A DNA stretch of 38,760 nucleotides from Vitrella brassicaformis CCMP3155 (taxonomy: Eukaryota > Protista > Chromerida): contig CDMY01000632.1 of the NCBI GenBank assembly GCA_001179505.1, forward strand, positions 1-38,760. Direction: 5' to 3'. Shown in pieces: positions 22,466 through 35,441 of the stretch. The notes beneath the pieces are model-generated. The model saw only the letters and a list, made by a program, of their open reading frames with translations. It was not told the origin of the DNA and made no database searches. The position numbers and the translations under genes were made by a program. How positions within the stretch are numbered: the first letter of the stretch is position 1; each line of letters begins with the position of its first letter.

Positions 22466-25284
22466 GAGGACCCACAGTGCCATGCCGCGCAATGCATTGC
22501 ATGTCTTCACACACAAGCCAGCATCCCTCTCATGTCTGGCGTGGTCTTCTGGTGTGTGTGGTGTGTGTCAGGTTGCACCGCATCTCGGCAGGAGTTTTGT
22601 CGTCGGAACGGCTGTCCACCGGCGTGCTGGATGGACTACGGATGCGACTGCTGACCCACAAAGCGGCCCGGCGACATCATCCAGCCCCCTCTTTACCCAC
22701 AACCACCCCTCTCTGCAACCCCCTCCCCGTCCAACCCTTTCCCCTTTTGTGGCGCACACCATCGGCGGATCGGCGTGTTTATAGGCAGTGTGTGGACCGA
22801 TGGCCGGCAGACGGGCACACACGTTTGTGGGTGGTCGAGGCGCCCGTTCCCATCCCTCTCCCCCCCATTCCATTCTTTCTTCCTGTCGGTGCTATCCATG
22901 CCATGCATTCGGTGGGTCTGCTTGACGAGCGGGCGGCCTCGGCTGGTGGTGTGGCGGGAGTGTGGATATTGTGTAAGTGACATACATACTAGGCGTAGGC
23001 AGGCGGAGCTCACAGGAGGCGGAGCTCATGGCATGGGAGGGGGGGCTTCTTTCTCGCTGTCGATGTGATGTGCATGGGGGTGGGGCTACGTTCCGTCAGT
23101 GTCTGTCGTGTGTTGTGTGTCGTGACTGTGTGAATGTCATAATGTCTGAGGGAGGGGACGCCCTTTTCTCCCTTTTTGTTTGTGTCAAGACCGCTCATCC
23201 ACCTGCCTTGCTCGTGTTCTGACTGACTTGTGCTTTCCTTTGGTACATACTTACTGGCTGACGGCTCTTCCCTCCTTCTGTGTCTGCCTGACCTGATAGA
23301 GAGAGGCTGGCTGTTTGGCTCGTTACACGCCCGTGATCGCACCAACGAATGCATCGCTACTGTGTGCGTGCCTGGTTGTCTCTCTCTCTCACCACCCACT
23401 CGCTCACCCGCCATGCAGGCTTGGCTGCCATTCTCTCTCAGCAGTTGCCGGCCGTCCTTTTTCATCCCTGTCTGTTGATGCGCGCGTCGTAGTATGTATC
23501 GCGTCTATCCTTTGCACACCTTTCTCGCTCTCTCTCTCTCTCTCTCTGAGTGTGTGTGGGGGGGTGGGGGGCTGGCTGGCTCGGGGGCTTACTTCTTGCA
23601 TGTGATATGTGTCTCCCTGCCCACCCCACCCGGATGGGTGATAGGATGCATTGCATCAACGGTCTATCTGCCGCCCCGCCCCGCCCCGCCCCGCCCCATT
23701 TATCTGTACATATCCTTCAATCGCTACACGGGCAGGCAGACACTCCTATCCACTGACGGGCGGGGGCGAAAGGGGACAAGAGCAATCGATGTGTGTGTAT
23801 GGTTGACTGGTCGGCCTGCTGTTCTGCTCTTCCATACGTACGTGTGTGGGTTGTCTGTACAGCTGGCTGGCTGGGGTCGGACGGACGGGATGGATGGGCA
23901 CGTTGGAGGGCAACCGAGACCAGAAAGATCGCTCTATCTATCACCATACCAGTATGTGATTGATGTGTACTGGCTGCCTGGCTACGTATGCATTTTTGGT
24001 CTCAGGTAAGGGAGGCGGACTTCATCCATCGTGTGTGTATTCATGTCACGTGTGTGTGTTCACGTCTGTCTACGCATGTGTGAGTGGTTCGGCTGTCTCG
24101 CTTCGTCACCACTTTTCTTTGTAATCACATCAATCGCACGCACCCATAGTCACACCCCACCCACACAGCCACCTCTGCTGCACTGCATCGGTCGTACTTT
24201 TGCAAGGATGGGCCGGCAGGTGGGTGGCGTTTTTAATCGCACCGACAGCACAGGCCTAATTCGATTCGTCAGACAGGCAGATGGATGGCCTACTACCAGC
24301 AGCATTTCCCTCTCTCTCCTTTCGTAGCCTCTTTTCTGATGGGTGAGTTCAGAGGCTGTGTAGGCCTGAGGCCTGGGCGACGGTGCATTGCATTCCCATA
24401 CACCCTCTCGCCTGGCTGTGCACACACGCCCGGATGGACAGACAGGTTTGCTTCATTTTGTAGTTGCCTGCCTGCCTTTGTTGCTTGCTTTGCCGCGCCA
24501 CACACACTGCATTCCCCGACTGGCTGGATGAACGAATGGATGGATTATGACATGTATGTGTGTGAATGTTGTGCGCTGTCATGTGATGGATGAGTGGATG
24601 AGTGTCTGTCTGTCTGTCTGTGAGACTGAGGGAGAGAGGCTTATCGTCATCCGGGTCTGCGTGTGAGTGTCACTCTCTCCGATCGCCTCGCCTCGCCTGC
24701 CTTTTTTCTGTCGATGATCGATCACAGAGGTCCGCAGACTGACTGCCTCGTCTCACTGCTGCCCGCCCCCTGTGTGTCTCTGTCTGTCTGTCTGTCTGAA
24801 TGTCTGAATGTCTGTGGGTGCGTGTGTACCGAGTCACGGACACATATCCACCCACCCCTCCACCATCGACTGATTGATGTGATTGGTGTCCGGTGTATTT
24901 ATGACCCATCCATTGATGTGTGTGCATGTGATGTGATGTGTCGTGTGAGTGGACAAAGCCCGTGACGTGACTGACTTGTGCTCTCCGTGTCTGATGTGCC
25001 ACTCAACTGAATACTCACTGACATACACGGAGGATGCAGGCATTAAATCGCAGCCACTCAGCCCGTCAGGTGTGTATCATCGACATGCACACGCATGAAG
25101 CTCTCAGGACACACACAGCAACGCGCCACACAGTCAACCACAGTGAGCCGTGGTGGCTGCGAGGGAAGCCATCCCCTCCCGCTAACCAGTCACTCACTCA
25201 TCTGTCTGTCTGTCCTCCAACCCCACCGCTCTACGCTGCACACCGTCAAGATGTTCTCTGACACCAGCATGCATCGCTGCTGTC

Positions 25285-26476
25285 TCAGCAGCCTTCATGG
25301 GCCGCCGAGTGACCATCTGACAGGCGACACACACGGCCAGACAGACAGACACTCAAGGCACGTCGTGGGCCGTGGTGTGTGTGATGTGTGTCGTACCTAT
25401 GTAGCGGCATTGCGGCGCTCGACACACAGCATAGACTCACCGAAGCCCGCCGCTGAGCTGAGCTTGTAGGGCCCGCCGCAGAGGTTGAGGCCCGCCTGCT
25501 GGGCCATGAAGCGCCGCTGGAAGTCGGTGCGCAGGTCATCGTCGAGCAACCTCACACAGGTCTTCTTGTGACCCTGCAGGGCAAAATAGGACGAGCGACA
25601 TATACACATCCAGGGAGCTATGTGTGTGTGGTGTTCTATGTGACGCACCTTGAGCTCGTTGTTGAATGAGATGACCGTTCCCATCACGTTGTCGTAAAAC
25701 TGCTCCAACTGGTCATCCTCTACACCGCCTACAGTGAATGAAAACCAGAGACACCATGCCTGCTCCTGCACTCCCATCCCCCCTTACCGGACACGGTGAT
25801 CGTCACTTTCTCCACCGTCGGCAGCTTGTCGTTGGTGTCCCGCCCCCACAGAGAGGGGCTCCGGTCAGTGTGCACGGGCTCGAAGAATGCACTCGGCCGC
25901 AGATGCAAATCCACGATCAGGCTCCTTTCCCGCCCCCTGCTGACCAGCGCCTTGAGCTCCTGCAGGAATAGCTTGTCTGCACACAACACAACACACACGG
26001 CACACAACCATCCCGGCACAGTGTCTTACCAAGCCACGCATCCGGCTCCCTGTCTGTCTGTCTGCCTATCCGTCCATCCATCCATCCCTCACCCACTGAC
26101 CCACCCACCCGTGTAGATGAGGCCGTATTCTTCCACCTGCCAGGAGCCTGTCTTGCCTGCAGGAATTGACCACACATACACAACACAGCACACGTGCAGA
26201 GCACCACACAAGTGCGTCTGTGCGTACCCTTCTGCGTCTCGAACACGACGCACAGCTCCCCGAACTCGGCCCCACCCTCCTCGTCGCCACCAAACGTGTC
26301 TGCAGATCAGGTCAGATGACGCTCGTACCACACCGCACCGTCTGCTTGTCAGATGTGACCGCTTGCTTACTCAGGTCGAGGCTGATGACCCGGACGGCCT
26401 TCTTCTTGGCGCTCCCTGCGACGAACAAACAACCGGCACGCACCGACCGTATGTATGTGTTCGTGCTGTGGCACAT
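25285..26476 (-). CDS. Lineage-specific hypothetical protein, ~7 exons, start unresolved
   Basis: Phase-consistent exons: SAKKKAVRVISLDL|NTFGGDEEGGAEFGELCVVFETQK|GKTGSWQVEEYGLIYT|DKLFLQELK..SLWGRDTNDKLPTVEKVTITVS|GGVEDDQLEQFY..ELK|GHKKTCVRLL..GF|DGHSAAHEGC*. Confidence 0.7.
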
Positions 26477-26694
26477 CCTTACAGAGGATGAAGCGTCACG
26501 CCTTTCTCCAGCCTCATCCTCACACACCGAGATGGAGATGGCTGGCAATCAGGGAGAGATCTTTGTTGTCGAGGGATGTCAAGCCGGCGCGTCACGTCAG
26601 CGGTTGAGAGCCCGTTCAGTCCCCGCTTGGCCGCACAGCGCCTGTCTTCCCGCCTGTCTATCTGCTTGTCTGTCTGTCAGTCTGTGTCTGTGTG

Positions 26695-27872
26695 TCATGA
26701 TGCGAGGCCGAGCATAGTCAGCATTTGCACAAACAGCTCGGAAGAAAACACAGAAAGAGACCAAACCTCACCCGCAGCCTGCACGCACGGTGGACACACA
26801 CACGTATCCATCCGTCACACAGAGGCATCCATCTTATGTGTCCCAGCCGTGGTGTGCCTGTGTGGCCTGCCTGACCCAGTAAGTGAGCGATAATATTCTG
26901 AGTCGCTTGAGCATGATGTAGCAGCACACGGCCACGAAGAACAAAAAGGAGTACCAAATGAAGGTGCTGTCCATCTCAGTCCTGCACACACCACACACGC
27001 ACACATGTCAACATGCGTTTGTCTGTCTTATTGGAAGGCTCACTTTCGTTTCAGTTTGCTGAGCAGCGCCCCGGCCTTTTGCAGACGCTGCCCATACGCT
27101 GCACTCAAGACAGACAGACAGACAGACAGGAACACGCCCTTCAGCGGCCATTGCATGCAGCACCAAATGCACCCGTACCTGAGTAGGCCTCGTCTGTCTT
27201 GCCGATGGTCGTCGAACCATGATCTGTGTGTGACACACATAACGACAGACACACACATACACAGAGATCACGATACTCTGCTGGCTTGCTCACCGAGTGC
27301 CTCTGTGACTTGGTGCATTCTCTGCAGTTCCGTCTGCATCATCTGGCGGGTCTCACGCAGCCCACTCCTCAACTCCTCATCCCCACCACCGATGCGCTGA
27401 CGGGGTGCCCCCGATGCCGATGCTGACGCCGGCCCGCCGCTGCCCGCCAGCAAGTTGGTCCGCCGGCTCTCTGGACAGGTGCTGCTGCACCATGCCGTAC
27501 CAACGACAAAGCTGATCCTACCTGTGCGGACAAACACACAGTACATTGGATCAGGGCACCAGTCCATCAACAGACACACCTGGCGATTTGCTTCGCTGCC
27601 CTCCCTCGCCAAGGCCCTCTGCAGCTGCGCAATCTGCTCACGCAGGCTCCTGCAAACAAACAGATAACACACACATGGGTCGGCATCTGTCTTCACCTGA
27701 TTGCATATTCGTTGCGTACTGTCGCGTGGCCCCTGCGACATCTGGAGCGACGGCTGCGGGCGAGGGGAGGGCAGAGAGCGCCTCAAACAGGCTCTGGTCC
27801 AACGATGCGACACTCTGCATCGATGTCAACATGTCACGATGGCTCACGCAGATCCAGGGAACCATTGTTCAT
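26695..27872 (-). CDS. SEC20: Sec20/BNIP1-like ER SNARE
   Basis: SNARE heptad ELRSGLRETRQMMQTELQRMHQVTEAL|DHGSTTIGKTDEAYS|AYGQRLQKAGALLSKLKRK|TEMDSTFIWYSFLFFVAVCCYIMLKRL (TM helix then KR). The 5' exons and the final exon are ambiguous. Confidence 0.85.
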
Positions 27873-27876
27873 GTCA

Positions 27877-27896
27877 GGGTTTGGGCTTCAGGGTTT
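27877..27896 (-). promoter_or_regulatory. Paired telo-box-like element, identical to 12452-12471
   Basis: gggtttgggcttcagggttt lies just upstream of the Sec20 start candidates, in a divergent promoter. Confidence 0.5.
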
Positions 27897-28119
27897 CGGG
27901 GAAGGCGAAAGATCCGCGGAGGCCGGCAGCGGTGTTTGTATCGGGGGGTGCGGTATCTGTCCGCATCTGCATCCTGAAGTAGCCGGTGAGGGCCTCACAG
28001 GTGCGCAGACATCAGATCTGTTCTCATGATGCCTGCACGCCCTGAAGCAGCTGGCCTCCATGGTGCTTTGCTGTGTGCGGTGTGGTATAGAGTAGGTCAC
28101 TCATCCGTAGCCTCCTGCA

Positions 28120-31100
28120 ATGGACCGTGACGATAGCGATGACCGCGGGGCTCGTCCACAGGTCAGCCACTCACGGGGCTCTCCACTTCCCTGCCGCATC
28201 TGTGTGGTCTTGGTGGTGTGTTACAGTCGGCAAATGTGGATGACGCCCTTGATCAGCTTGGGAAGGAGAAGCATCGCACCGACACACTCTACCGCACCAT
28301 ACAAACACAAGTGAGTGAGTGAGTGAGTGAGCGAGGGTAGAGTGGCCGTGATAGGCGCGTGGTGGCATGTGTGTATCGTGATGTTTGTGCGTTGTCAGTT
28401 GGCGGCTCAGCGTGCCTCCCTGACGGCCGGCGATGTGGGTAGGGTACTGGGTCACATCACCCGAGGCGGTGATTGTCTGAAGGAGGCCGCCGATTGTCTG
28501 AGCGGACTGACTGAGGTGCGTGAAGACGAGTGGTGTCCATCGACCACACACACGTCAATGTGTGTGTTTGTGTTGTGTGTGCATCATTCAGGGTGACGGC
28601 AGTGTGCGTACGGGAGTGGCGGACAGCTCATGGAGCGTCGATGGCGGTATGTGTGTGCATCGAGGCCAGCCAGAGAGGCTTGGAATGAGTTCCGTTTATC
28701 AGATGCCTTCTCTGTGTGGGTCAATGTGTGTGTGATCAGGTAGCAGCTGTATCGGATAGCAAGCGGGCCCGATTGGATGGTCACTCAGACCATCCTGCTG
28801 CTCCTGCTGCTGCTGCTGCTGCTGCTGCAAGTGCAGGTGGGCGGCGACACAGAAGATGAACCACACACATCAGACGCACTCAATGCCCTCTCTGTCTGTC
28901 TGGTTGTTGTGCAGGTGGTGTGTCGGGCGTCTCTCAGCAAGATGAGCAAACCCAAAACCAGCAGCACCACAACCACCAGCAGCAGGTCAGGCAGACAGCA
29001 CACGGGGCCTGGCCAAGGCAGCAACCAATCAACGGCAGGCTTGTTGACGCCCTCATGTTCTCTGTCCATCTGCGTGTGTACGTGTGTGTCAGGTTGCGTG
29101 TGGGCCGTGTTTGTGTGGCCTTGAGGGCCCGTTGGTGTGCGAGATGGCCTCCTTTCTCACCACCATCGAGGCCACCGTCCTCTGTCTTGTCAACAAGGAC
29201 ATCAACAGCAAGGCCGACTACACCGCCAACACAACCACCACCGAGGACAAGACCGACGACACGCCATTTGGCATCTACCACAACCTGACCATCGCAAAGG
29301 AGGAGTGCAAGACGTGGGCGAACCTCAACCAGCCCACACGCGCACGCCTGAAGACCAAACTGGTGAGGCAGAGTGTGTGCTCATCGTGTCGCCTCATATC
29401 CATGCGTTCGTCTGTCGATATGGTGTCTGTGTGGCTGTTCAGGGCAACGTCAAGACGGCTCGCATCGCGTGGCCCATCGACAGCCCCGGTCGGAGGCGGT
29501 CCTCAGGCAGGAGCGGCGGGCGGCTGGTGGCGGAGTGTCTGGCGGGATCAAAGTCGTCCCTGGAGGACTTGCACATGACATCATGGGACGGGGATCACGG
29601 CAAGAACCCTGGTCGGCTGCCTGCCGTCGTCTTTACCAAGCTGAGGCTGCTCGCCGTTACATCATTTAAATGCCTTACCTACTTCAGGTGAGAGGGAATA
29701 GGACTCATGAATCGATTTGAAATGTCCGTCGGACGTACTGCCATTGTCCATCTTGCTATCCTTCTGCCTTGTCTGTCTGTCCCTCAGGAAGTGCAACTGG
29801 ACCTTCCCGAGCCTCGTCGACTTGCGGGTCAGCACCACGACGGGGAGCCAGCTTCCCGACGTCACCCACATCGTGCGGTCATCCCCCCAGCTGCGCACAC
29901 TCACAACGACCAACAGCTGGGAAAAGATCGACGGCAGGGGCAGCGACTGGTGTGAGTTCGCCAGTGCCCTCGGGCAGTGCCCTCACTTGACGACCATCCG
30001 CGGGCTGGCCATCGGGATCGGCAACGACTGCAGCCACCTGCCTGACTTGCAGAAGGCCCTCGACACCCCTGGGGCAAAGAGGAGAACCGAGGTAGGTGGG
30101 TGGGCTCAGATGGGCAGACAGCCAGCCAGGCAATGCACGTCCTGCGCTCCTCTTCCTGCTTTCATGTTGCATCCCTGCCTCCCATCGTGTAGGCGTCAAG
30201 AAGACCATCGAGTTCGAGTACGACCCCAGCATCAGCTGCACCTTCAGCGACGAGACCCGTCCCCTGCACACCTTCCTCACGTGGGCGGGAGGAGTCCGCG
30301 TGTCCATCGAGTGGCTCGGCGGGAAGGTCAGGATGGATTGCAGCAAGGCTGTGTCGAGCTCTATGGCCCCTCCTGCTGTGCGTGGCCCCGTGGCTGACGT
30401 GGTCAAGCAGATGGCGTCCCAGGCAGCGATAGTAAGTCGAATGACAGTGATGGCATTCTTCCACCCATCTGTCTATCGTGTTGTACACGCCATGGCTGCC
30501 TGTGTGCCTCAGGTGGACTTGTATTTGGGCGGGAGCCGACTGCACGACTCATGGAAGGACCTCCATTTTCCCGCCGCAGACCTGCTCCAAATCGTGGGCA
30601 CCGCAGACCCGCAGGAGGTCATCGAGAGCATCCCCAAATGGCTGCTGGAGGTCGATGAGGACGGCAACAACGTGTGCTTCCCCAAGATAGACTACCTCGA
30701 TATCTCGATGGGGCGTGTGGGGGATGATGGCCCACCTGCAGAGGCCTGGCACTTGCCGGCCGCCCCCAACGCACTCAGTACACTGCTAGGCAGCCTGCGG
30801 ATGGTCACGTCAGTCTGCTTCAACAGGTCTAGTTTGTCCGCCGTGTGTGAGTGCCTGTCACACATGACCGTCGACAAACTAGATACGTTGGAGGTCTCTG
30901 TGGGCGACCATCTGACTGCACTGCCTGACCCCACCCCAGTACACACTGCCGTCTGTGCACCGTCAACTCTTCCCGATACGTGACTGGGGGCGGCCCGCAG
31001 TGAGCAAGGCAGCTGCCTTGTCGTGTATGCGTTTGGCCTCACTCACTCACGCACACGAGGCAGAGTTTGAGTTTTACATAGCGTCAGACCAGTTTGACTT

Positions 31101-31407
31101 CCACCGGGACTATGGGGAGCTAGAGGGATGGGCGGGAGATGATGAAGATGAAGATGACGATGAGGATGCTGTGTGGGAGCGGGAGAGGGAGCTACTAGAG
31201 CAGGCCATGAAGGAGCATGGCAAGGGCTGCATGCGCGCGTTGGCCACTGAGTGCTATGAGGTAGTCAAGGGAGGATATCATCTGACGGACGTAGACGTCA
31301 GCTGTGACGTGGAAGACGACGAGACCACGACGCAGCCGGTGTCCTACGGCCGTTTGCAGCTGAAGGTGTTAGCCAAGGGTGCCACAGCAGGCTCACCGAC
31401 TGACTGA
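28120..31407 (+). CDS. Lineage-specific F-box-like / degenerate LRR-like protein, many exons
   Basis: In-frame chain: MDRDDSDDRGARPQ|SANVDDAL..|LAAQRASL..|GDGSV..|AVSDSKRARL..AAAA|..QQHHNHQQQ|VACGPCLCGLEGPLVCEMASFLTTIEATVLCLVNKDI (F-box-like). Then WTFPSLVDLRV, LRTLT, LGQCPHLTTIRGL, CFPKIDYLDI. The acidic exon ending at 31407 is probably terminal; otherwise the stop is at 30983. Confidence 0.72.
28795..28828 (+). repeat. (CTG)n coding trinucleotide repeat (poly-Ala in the spliced frame)
   Basis: ctgctgctcctgctgctgctgctgctgctgctgc, read as PAAPAAAAAAAA in the frame that splices to the neighbouring exons. Confidence 0.85.
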
Positions 31408-33873
31408 CTGACTGGCTGACTCACTCGCTGCTGACATGTGGATCTGTCTGGCTGTGGATGAAATGCCCGTGTGCATGCGATGTGCACTCGAGTGGAATGT
31501 GTGCGTGTGGTTGCTCAGCTGCAATGATGAATGGGAGTTTTTCGAGACATTAAGAGACACAGACAGCCGTGCGAGTAGTATGTTCATCCTTTGCCGACCG
31601 CCCGATGTAAACGATGAAGATTCATTGAGGCAAGGAACCAATTACGCGTCCACTCCACTCATCTAGCCACGCATGAGACTAGCCAACGATAAATCACCCA
31701 CCTACGCAATCAACGCATCGATCTGATGACGCACGGAGGCACGCACCGCCAAACGCCATCCAGCCAGATACCTGTTACATTCACACCTTCCTTACATAAA
31801 TATGTATGGCCCCCGCCCCCCTTCCCTCCCCCCATGGCTGCCCTGCCCGAGTGTGTGCAGCATGTCATCGATCAGAGCTGACGGGCTCACGAGCTCGACA
31901 CAGCCAAGCAACCAACCAACAAGAAAAGGCCTCACCCAGGCGACCCTTTCTCTTGCATGTTGTCCTGTTCGTTCGTTCATGTCATTGTCACGGTCCGAAA
32001 AACGCACAGATACAGTGAGTGATATGATGCTGATCAGATCAAAGCCATCAATCGATTCATTCATCGATCCATCCACCCGCCCAATTATGTCGAAGCGAAG
32101 ACCCACACACACATGCTAGCATTGCCATGCAATGTCTATCGGTCTGTCTGTCTGGCTGTCTGTCTGTCTCTTTCTCTCCCACCGAGCCCACCACCGACCT
32201 CTCATCGCTTTGAACGAGACAGAAACACACACATAACACACGCATCCATGTAGTGCGGTAGGAATGAGATGGGTATAGCCTTGCCTTGTCTGCGTGTGTC
32301 TGTGTCCTGGAGGCGCACCGCGGCCAATTGGCCACAATGCTGCGAGGCGAGGGAGGGGGACGGGCCTGCAGTCATGCCAGCCAGCGGCTCCCCGCCCTCT
32401 TCCCGACTCCTCTGGTCAGTCAACGGAGGGAGGGATGCACGAGGGAGAAAGCAGCGCTCACTAATGATATGAATGACATGTAGGTATATTGTGGTAGATA
32501 GATGTAGCACGTACACACACAGCTAGTAGCTACGATGCGATAAATGTCGTCAAGTCAGCCAGTTGTTCGGAGGGGGAACGATCACAGCTAACACCATCCA
32601 CACCATACACAGAGGGGGGCGTCAGTCTCCCTCTCTTGAGACAGGAGGAGACACCCATACTGCTCTGCCCTTACGTTACGTGTTGGTGTCAGGTTGCCAC
32701 CTGCCTGCCTGCCTGCCTGCCGGTTACAAACCCACACACACACAGCCCCCTCCAAACAAACACCCCGTAGCTAACTACCTCACATAGGCAGACAGACAGA
32801 CAGGCAGGCGAGTAAATCAACTCATCCCATGCATGCAGAAAGGAACGAACGTGAGCTCAGGTTATGAGTGAAGCCAAGCCGCCGAAAAAATGCTTTCGAT
32901 GCATTCGGATCAGTCAGGTGGTCGGTTCGTTCGGTAAGCAAGCTTTGTGACGTCAGTCGTGTGGATCGATTCATCAAGTCAGTCGGTCAATCCGCAGAAG
33001 GCACGACACGAACAATACAGCAAGTATTCTAACATTCACTCATGTCGTCACAGGCAGCACCAAAACACAATTGATGTGATGACACTTGCACACGACACAG
33101 CACAGAAGAGCACAGGACCACAACACTCACGACACAGACAAACGCATTTTCTCATGAACGACACGTAGCACCAGCAACCATCGAAAAGAACGACAGCAGT
33201 ATACTGAGGGGGAGCCAGCCCAGCCAGGGGACGAGGTGGGTGGGAGACATCAGTCGGTTGCCAGCAGCCAGCACAAGGCGAGAAAAAAAAGCAAGCCAAG
33301 CATGTGTGGCAGGCAGAGGCAACACGACAGGCAGGCAGACCCCGACTCGGCTCGGCTAGCGTGTCCCGTCAAGCTAAGCTGGTCACGTAGGCTCACACCC
33401 ACCCATCCACATGAATCTACAATAGTACGCACCAGAGAGAGAGAGATGGATAAATATCACTCACTCACATCACCGGCATGGCATCATCTGTCTGTCAAAA
33501 GCCACTGACTGCGACACCCATCCTATCGCATCGCATCGCATCGCACCCCACGTACCACGCACGCACCGAAGTGGCTCGCTCCGCTCCCCACACGCACAGC
33601 ACAGCACAGAGACATGTCATGTCGGCGTGGGCGTGTGGGCTGGCTGATCGACCTGCGAGGCTACAGTGGACAGACAGAGAGGTCACGTAGGCAGGTCGGG
33701 TCTAGTACATCTATATGTATGTATCACTGATGCAGGCAGGCATGCACGAGTAGCACGCACGCTCATCCATCCTTCATTTAGTCACGGTCATTGTCTCTTC
33801 TTTCTCTTGGACCGCACCGCAGCAGCGAGGGAGGGGCGGGGGGGAGGGAGAGGGGGGTCGGCTGGTCGGCCGC

Positions 33874-34814
33874 TCAGAGGGAGTAGATGAGCTGGCCACC
33901 GGTCCTCAGCTTGCGGATCCACAGCCACAGGTAGTCCCCTGCAAGAACCACACACACAGACCGAGACACGCCGTGATGTGTGGGAGCAAACGCCGGTGTG
34001 CCCGTGTGTATTATGTATGGACGTACCTGAGAGGAGTGTGTGGAGGAGGTCCGCAACGAAGAGGCCGATAAAGTGCTCGCCGATCCAGTACAGCTGCACC
34101 CAGAAGAGCAACCGCACTGCCCGCGAGCACACCAGCAGACCCACGTAGTGACTTGTCACATTCTCAACCTGAACACCACACAGTTGCAGACGCCACGCCC
34201 ACCATTATCACAATCATGCTGATGGCCTGCCGCCTCTGTTAATGTTACCTACCTCGTGCATCCTCCGCATAAGGTAGAGCTGCGGGATGAGGGCGACGGC
34301 CTCGATGTACATGGTGAAGGCCACCAGGATCTGCACCGTCCACCACTTGTAGCCGGGGTGGAAGAAGAACGCCAACACCAGGGCCGCGGGAATCAGAATC
34401 GTGGCTTTCAGCGGCGAGGGGGCCTGCTTGATCGTCGTGTGCCGGAACTGCCACATCGAGTAGGCCAGCATCAACGCCACGACCGTCGAGCAGATCAGCT
34501 CCATGTACGCCAAGTTCGTCTGAACCAACCAAAACATCACACCACACACACACGTATCTGCCTGCCGTACCCTCCATTTCCTCTCCCCCCCTCCGTCCCT
34601 CTGTGTGTCAGTTCCCTCCCCCCGCGCCCCTCCGTACCTCGATGAGTCTGGTGTACATGGACCAGATGCACCTGCTGATAGTGGCGGCGAGGAGCATATA
34701 CTGGGTGTCGCTCGACAGGCCATAGACGGATTTCTGCTTCTGTATCTTCCTCAGAAGCACGATGGAACCCACGAAGTGGACCAGGTAGCCGAGGATGAAC
34801 AGCCAAATCTCCAT
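33874..34814 (-). CDS. ERD2: ER lumen protein-retaining (KDEL/HDEL) receptor family protein, 4 exons
   Basis: MEIWLFILGYLVHFVGSIVLLRKIQKQKSVYGLSSDTQ..|..FTMYIEAVALIPQLYLMRRMHE|VENVTSHYVGLLVCSRAVRLLFW..|GDYLWLWIRKL..IYSL*. This matches the ERD2 motifs KSxxGxS, YxExxAxxPQL and ExxTSHY, with several TM segments. Confidence 0.92.
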
Positions 34815-35128
34815 CGAACGACGGGCACACGAAAAACGAGCCGAATCGGCGGGACGGGTGTCGGGAAGATGCGAGGGGGAGAGGGGGAGCGGACTGGTGG
34901 CCGGCCCTCCTGTCTTGCCGCCAAGGATAGAAAAACGACGAGGAAAACCGGGCGAGAGGGGCTGGTGCGCGGGTGAGGGAGGCGCTGGTGCTCGTGCGAA
35001 AAGGTCAGAAAAGGCAAAAAGGAAGGCAGGCAAGCAAAAACCTGCAGATATGGAGGGGGGGTGAGCGAAAACGCGAGCAAGACGCACGAGAAGGGAACGG
35101 CCGCAAACGATCGAGCGTCCGTACACTT

Positions 35129-35166
35129 TAAACCCTGCGAGCTAAACCCTACACTTTCTAACCCTA
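35129..35166 (+). promoter_or_regulatory. Telo-box cluster (TAAACCCT, TAAACCCTA, TAACCCTA)
   Basis: Three copies between the divergent ERD2 and phosphatase genes; 35144-35151 is the exact plant telo-box AAACCCTA. Confidence 0.5.
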
Positions 35167-35441
35167 CGGTTTTACCCCACTTCCTGACATCCCAACCAAA
35201 CTACTAGCTCAAATCTGTGTGAGTCTGGTGATCTTGGCAGTTCAGTCGCAGAGTTGTGCGCGCGGCGGATCTGTCATTCAGAGGTACGTCAAAACACGGC
35301 AGACACATTTGCTCAGATGCAGCGCTTTCTGCGCCTGGACGTCTGTCTGCATCATGCTTGCAGGTGCTGACGACAGTGCCGACGGCGAACAACGGGTCCA
35401 CGTGTTTGCGGCAGGTAGGTAGTTTGTGGAGCGGAGGCCGG

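Noticed and set aside
21863-22516. 217-aa minus-strand ORF containing a signal-like MLPVVCALLLAGSVSG
   Set aside because: Splice signals and microsatellite polarity here favour plus-strand exons. The ORF runs through intron-like repeats and has no domain.
22500-25280. Repeat-rich spacer checked for CRISPR-like arrays, tRNA, snoRNA or transposon remnants
   Set aside because: Only simple sequence repeats; no regular repeat-spacer units, tRNA arms, terminal repeats or transposase/RT motifs seen.
28777-28830. ORF MVTQTILLLLLLLLLLLQ resembling a signal peptide
   Set aside because: It is an alternative frame of the CTG repeat. Only the poly-Ala frame splices in phase with the flanking exons.
26695-34814. 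Sec20 and ERD2 (both Golgi-to-ER retrograde transport) within ~8 kb as a functional cluster
   Set aside because: They are separated by an unrelated gene and a long spacer, and the other neighbours are functionally mixed. Two genes are not enough evidence of clustering.
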